Of a stretch of DNA of 64,000 nt, positions 60,197-64,000 are shown piece after piece; within the stretch, counting starts at the first letter, position 1, and the number at the start of each line of letters is the position of its first letter. The stretch comes from Lachnospiraceae bacterium (GTDB lineage Bacteria; Bacillota; Clostridia; Lachnospirales; Lachnospiraceae): positions 551 to 64,550 of the forward strand of contig CAVCUM010000006.1 of assembly GCA_963605385.1 (NCBI GenBank). Direction: 5' to 3'. The notes beneath the pieces were generated by a model that worked only from the letters and a program-made list of their open reading frames with translations, was not told where the DNA came from and made no database searches. The position numbers were made by a program, and so were the translations under genes.

Positions 60197-60358
60197 TATC
60201 CGGTTTCCTCCGATAAAATTTGTTCGTTACGATAGTGACCCTTACCAAACGGATTATATAACGATTTTAGTAACCTTTAATTACCGTTTGTCATGCGATA
60301 TCTTTTTTGCTAAAATAGGTTGATTTAAGTAGCTTATTAATTGCAAAGAAGGATTACT

Positions 60359-61681
60359 ATGGAAAATAAATTTTGGCCTTACGAAAGTGTTTTTTATCAA
60401 ATATACCCATTGGGTTTTTGCGGAGCCCCCTTTGAAAACGACGGTGTTCAGACTCACAGGATTAAAAAGGTTGAGGATTGGATTCCTCACATGAAGAAGC
60501 TCGGAATCAATGCGATTTATTTCTCACCCGTTTTCGAATCCGATACGCATGGCTACAATACACGTGATTACAAAAAGATTGACGTCCGTCTCGGCACCAA
60601 CGAAGACTTTAAAGAGGTTTGCGGTAAGCTTCACGAAAACGGAATCCGTGTAGTACTTGACGGCGTGTTCAACCATGTCGGAAGAGGCTTTTATCAATTT
60701 CAGGACGTTTTAAAGAACCGCGAAAACTCACCTTTCCTAAACTGGTTTCATATCAACCTTTACGGAAATTCAAACTACAATGACGGCCTATGGTATGAAG
60801 GCTGGGAAGGAAATTACGATCTGGTAAAGTTGAATCTTCAAAATCCTGAGGTCGTAAGCCACATCTTAGATGCCGTAAATTACTGGATTGACGAGTTTGA
60901 CATAGACGGCCTGCGTCTTGACGTCGCATACTGTTTGGATGAAAACTTTATACGAACTCTTCGAAGCAATACCTCCGGTAGAAAAACAGATTTCTTTTTA
61001 CTCGGTGAAATGCTTCATGGCGACTATAACCGTCTGATGAACGACGCCATGCTTCATTCCGTTACGAATTACGAGTGCTACAAGGGGCTCTATTCAAGCT
61101 TCAACAGTATGAATATGTTTGAAATCAATCATTCGCTGCTGCGCCAGTTTGGACCTGAAAACTGGACCCTTTACAAGGGTAAGCACCTTTTATCCTTTGT
61201 AGACAACCATGACGTGACAAGGGTTGCAAGCATTCTTTCAAATGAGCGGCACCTTCCGCTTATTTACGCCATCTGCTTTGGTATGCCAGGAATTCCATGT
61301 GTATACTACGGAAGCGAATGGGGTGCAAAGGGAGACAAGGGTCAGGGTGATCCGGCTCTTCGTCCCTGTTTTGAAAGCCCTGAATGGAACTCGCTTTCCG
61401 ATTTCATCGGCAGGCTTTCAGAGATAAAGAAAAACAGTGAAGCATTAAACTATGGTGCCTTCCGCTCTGTCTTACTTACAAACCGCCAGTGCATTTTTGA
61501 ACGTGCAAGCGAACATGAAAGAATACTCGTTGCGATCAATGCAGATGAAAGCTCCTTTATGGCTCACTTCGATGCAGGATGCGGTCAGGCTCTTAACCTA
61601 ATCACAGGGCAAATGCATGACTTTGGCGGGGGAAGTGAGTTGCCTCCCTACAGTGCGGCTTTTTGGAAAATGGAACGATAA
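60359..61681 (+). CDS. GH13 cyclomaltodextrinase/maltodextrin glucosidase-like enzyme
   Basis: DGVFNH, GLRLDVAY, GEMLH, FVDNHD conserved regions. Confidence 0.92.
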   Translation: MENKFWPYESVFYQIYPLGFCGAPFENDGVQTHRIKKVEDWIPHMKKLGINAIYFSPVFESDTHGYNTRDYKKIDVRLGTNEDFKEVCGKLHENGIRVVLDGVFNHVGRGFYQFQDVLKNRENSPFLNWFHINLYGNSNYNDGLWYEGWEGNYDLVKLNLQNPEVVSHILDAVNYWIDEFDIDGLRLDVAYCLDENFIRTLRSNTSGRKTDFFLLGEMLHGDYNRLMNDAMLHSVTNYECYKGLYSSFNSMNMFEINHSLLRQFGPENWTLYKGKHLLSFVDNHDVTRVASILSNERHLPLIYAICFGMPGIPCVYYGSEWGAKGDKGQGDPALRPCFESPEWNSLSDFIGRLSEIKKNSEALNYGAFRSVLLTNRQCIFERASEHERILVAINADESSFMAHFDAGCGQALNLITGQMHDFGGGSELPPYSAAFWKMER

Positions 61682-61703
61682 AAGTAAGTCTCGCCTATAG
61701 TAA

Positions 61704-61937
61704 TTACGGCTGCCAATCCATGTCGTAATAAGAATCCTCTGTTTCCTCTGTGTTCAAATAAGGGACGTTGTCCACCTGCTTTACTATATCCTTAACCGCA
61801 TCCCCGTACCCCGTGAGTGCCGCAAAGGGCGCAAACTGCGCTGCCCTGTCTCTCATGGGCATACGCGGGTGCGTAGGTGAAGTCGGATGTTCAAGATTAA
61901 TAATGTCGTCATATTTATGGCCGTCCGAATAGTTCAT
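61704..61937 (-). CDS. Small YolD-like accessory protein of the Y-family polymerase
   Basis: YDDIINL..HPRM...RAAQFAPFAALTGY; immediately downstream of the polymerase. Confidence 0.8.
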   Translation of the reverse strand: MNYSDGHKYDDIINLEHPTSPTHPRMPMRDRAAQFAPFAALTGYGDAVKDIVKQVDNVPYLNTEETEDSYYDMDWQP

Positions 61938-61939
61938 TT

Positions 61940-63466
61940 CTATGCCTTGTGTCCGCCTATCTGGCCGTTTCGGTCTCTGGCGGTTGCCCCCTCTTCAAGG
62001 TTCATTCCCTTTAAAATAGCGTTTTTCCCGTATTTCTTCTTTATACTGAGCATTGCTTTCTGCATGCGCTTTTCACGCTCTAAATTTGCCTCTTCCTCGG
62101 CTTCCTTCCTTGCTCTTGCCGTATAATCGACCAAGAAACTTAATTGCTCATACTCGGAAGGTTTATTTGCTCTTGCTTCATCTAAAAGCCTGTTGGCACA
62201 GATATTAATCCTGCGGATGAGCAGGTTTCTGTCAACAATTCTGTCGTAAAGTTCAAGAGTTGCTTCAATAATGAGATTTGCGGATGAGGTCTGTCTCCTA
62301 AGATTTGCCGTACCGTGAGCATGCTTCGGAACCCTTCTGCCGTAGCGGTCAATCGTCACCTCCCCCTTATAATTCTTACTCCTATTTGAATCGGTGATAT
62401 TCTCCACATCATATCCTATATCCAGGACAATCTGATCCGTCACAAGACCTTTATCCACCAAATCAAGCGCAGTCTGGTCTGCCATTTCCTTTACGATAAG
62501 CCTTGCCTTATCAAAATCGTAGGGGCAATGAAGCACCTGACCGGTACTAGTACTGTTGGTCTCGGGCTTATATGCCTTGACAAGGTCCATGGTGCACGGC
62601 TCGTATCCCCATGCATGGTCGATCAACAGCTCCGCATTCACACCGAACATTTTATAAAGAAGCTCCTCGTTGTAAAAATCAGTCGGCTTTCCGACAGAGC
62701 ACCTTGCCACATCCCCCATCGTAAAGAGACCATGCTCCTCAAGCTTCCTGGCATAGCCCCTTCCGACCCGCCAAAAATCAGTAAGCGGTCTGTGGTCCCA
62801 AAGCTTAATCCTATAGCTCTTTTCATCAAGCTCGGCGATGCGCACTCCGTCACTGTCCGGGGGTATATGCTTTGCTACAATATCCATTGCGATCTTGCAA
62901 AGGTACATATTGGTCCCGATACCTGCCGTAGCCGTAATCCCGGTAGTCTTCAAAACATCCCGAATCATCGTCATGACAAGCTCTCTTGCCGTCATACGGT
63001 ATGTCTTTAAATAATCCGTCACATCTATGAACACTTCATCTATCGAATATGGAAAAATATCCTCCGACGCAACATATTTAAGATAGACGCCGTAAACCGT
63101 GGTGCTGTAATTCATATAGTATGACATTCGCGGCGGGGCGACGATGTAATCAATCTCAAGCGAAGGATCCGCATTAAGCCTTGTGCTGTCATCGGAAGAG
63201 CCGGCAAACGTCCTTCCCGGTGCCTTACTCCTTCTAAAAGCATTTGCCTCCTTGACCTTCTGTACGACTTCAAACAGCCTCGGCCTTCCCGGAATTCCAA
63301 AACTTTTCAGGGAAGGAGAAACTGCAAGACAGATAGTCTTCTCCGTGCGGCTCTTGTCCGCCACGACGAGATTTGTCGTAAGCGGATCGCGCCCCCGCTC
63401 CACACACTCAACGGAGGCAAAGAAGGATTTAAGATCTATTGCTGCATAGATTCGATTATCGGACAT
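61940..63466 (-). CDS. Y-family error-prone DNA polymerase (ImpB/MucB/SamB, UvrX-like)
   Basis: IDLKSFFASVEC, YSIDEVF, C-terminal RNGQIGGHKA. Confidence 0.93.
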   Translation of the reverse strand: MSDNRIYAAIDLKSFFASVECVERGRDPLTTNLVVADKSRTEKTICLAVSPSLKSFGIPGRPRLFEVVQKVKEANAFRRSKAPGRTFAGSSDDSTRLNADPSLEIDYIVAPPRMSYYMNYSTTVYGVYLKYVASEDIFPYSIDEVFIDVTDYLKTYRMTARELVMTMIRDVLKTTGITATAGIGTNMYLCKIAMDIVAKHIPPDSDGVRIAELDEKSYRIKLWDHRPLTDFWRVGRGYARKLEEHGLFTMGDVARCSVGKPTDFYNEELLYKMFGVNAELLIDHAWGYEPCTMDLVKAYKPETNSTSTGQVLHCPYDFDKARLIVKEMADQTALDLVDKGLVTDQIVLDIGYDVENITDSNRSKNYKGEVTIDRYGRRVPKHAHGTANLRRQTSSANLIIEATLELYDRIVDRNLLIRRINICANRLLDEARANKPSEYEQLSFLVDYTARARKEAEEEANLEREKRMQKAMLSIKKKYGKNAILKGMNLEEGATARDRNGQIGGHKA

Positions 63467-63473
63467 ATGTTCG
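63460..63473. promoter_or_regulatory. LexA (Cheo/SOS) box overlapping the start codon
   Basis: CGGACATATGTTCG, one mismatch from Firmicute CGAAC-N4-GTTCG. Confidence 0.75.
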
Positions 63474-63541
63474 CCTCCCTTTCTAATATAATAGCATAAA
63501 AATTGGGAATGGCAAGATGCCATTCCCTTTTTTTGCATCGA

Positions 63542-63677
63542 TTTAACTCAGTCGGGGATTCAAGCGACGGCATAAACTAAACGCGAAGCTTAAACGCCGG
63601 ATTCGAAGATGAAGTTATCTGCCAGGGTAGACTCGAATCCGGTGCTTAGGGCTTGTGAACGAGTCTTGACAATTGCA
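63542..63677 (-). repeat. Copy (E) of dispersed structured intergenic repeat
   Basis: Perfect CCGGATTCGA(63597-63606)/TCGAATCCGG(63633-63642) stem; homologous to 5453-5720 and 23941-24059. Confidence 0.8.
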
Positions 63678-63761
63678 AAATTCGGTAAAATTGATATTTT
63701 TTGCATTTTTACTCCAGATATGAGATAACTGTATTTAGCTTTTTAAAGGAGATTTTTATTT

Positions 63762-64000
63762 ATGATTTTTGCAATTGTTCTGTTTGCCATTACCTACGTA
63801 TTGATGCTGACATTCAGTAAGTACAGACCCTACATTGCCATGGGATCCGCATTGATATTCATTATTTCGGGCATGCTCCCGGTTACTAAAATCATCGGAT
63901 CAATTGATTTTAACGTCTTACTCATGATTGCGGGAACGATGGGATTGGTCCAGCTGTTCATTGACAGTAAAATGCCCGCTCTTCTTGCGGACCTCATCAT
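63762..64000 (+). CDS. ArsB/NhaD/CitMHS-type anion permease, partial
   Basis: AAAGGAG RBS; MIFAIVLFAITYVLML...SIDFNVLLMIAGTM; open to the window end. Confidence 0.75.
   Translation, partial: MIFAIVLFAITYVLMLTFSKYRPYIAMGSALIFIISGMLPVTKIIGSIDFNVLLMIAGTMGLVQLFIDSKMPALLADLI

Noticed and set aside
26..63449. Many 60-200 aa ORFs antisense to or nested in larger genes (for example 262-573, 3722-4306, 33716-34276, 62528-63010)
   Set aside because: Shadow frames of well-supported genes, without RBS or recognisable motifs

Overview
Core-chromosome window from a low-GC Firmicute. Gene content and promoter style suggest a Lachnospiraceae/Butyrivibrio-like fibre degrader (inference). It holds about 55 CDS: polysaccharide enzymes (GH3, GH115, GH53, GH9, GH13), several ABC transporters, c-di-GMP signalling genes (2 GGDEF, HD-GYP, PilZ, FapA-like), a manganese module (yybP-ykoY riboswitch, mntP, mntR), housekeeping genes (rsmF, dusB, argF, plsY, cls, ttcA), an SOS-boxed Y-family polymerase operon, a deleted AAA/PD-(D/E)XK remnant and tRNA-Gly(CCC). 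No CRISPR-Cas, integrase or transposase is visible. Highlights: (1) two large orphan helical proteins share an internal domain and the same TTGTC-N6-TTGTC promoter motif; (2) a structured intergenic repeat family of about 80-270 nt has at least five copies and compensatory base changes; (3) an unannotated 39-aa membrane peptide has its own promoter, terminator and a DtxR/MntR-type operator also found upstream of mntR; (4) a circularly permuted amino-acid binding protein sits under tandem ARG boxes. All alignments were done by eye and no database searches were run.
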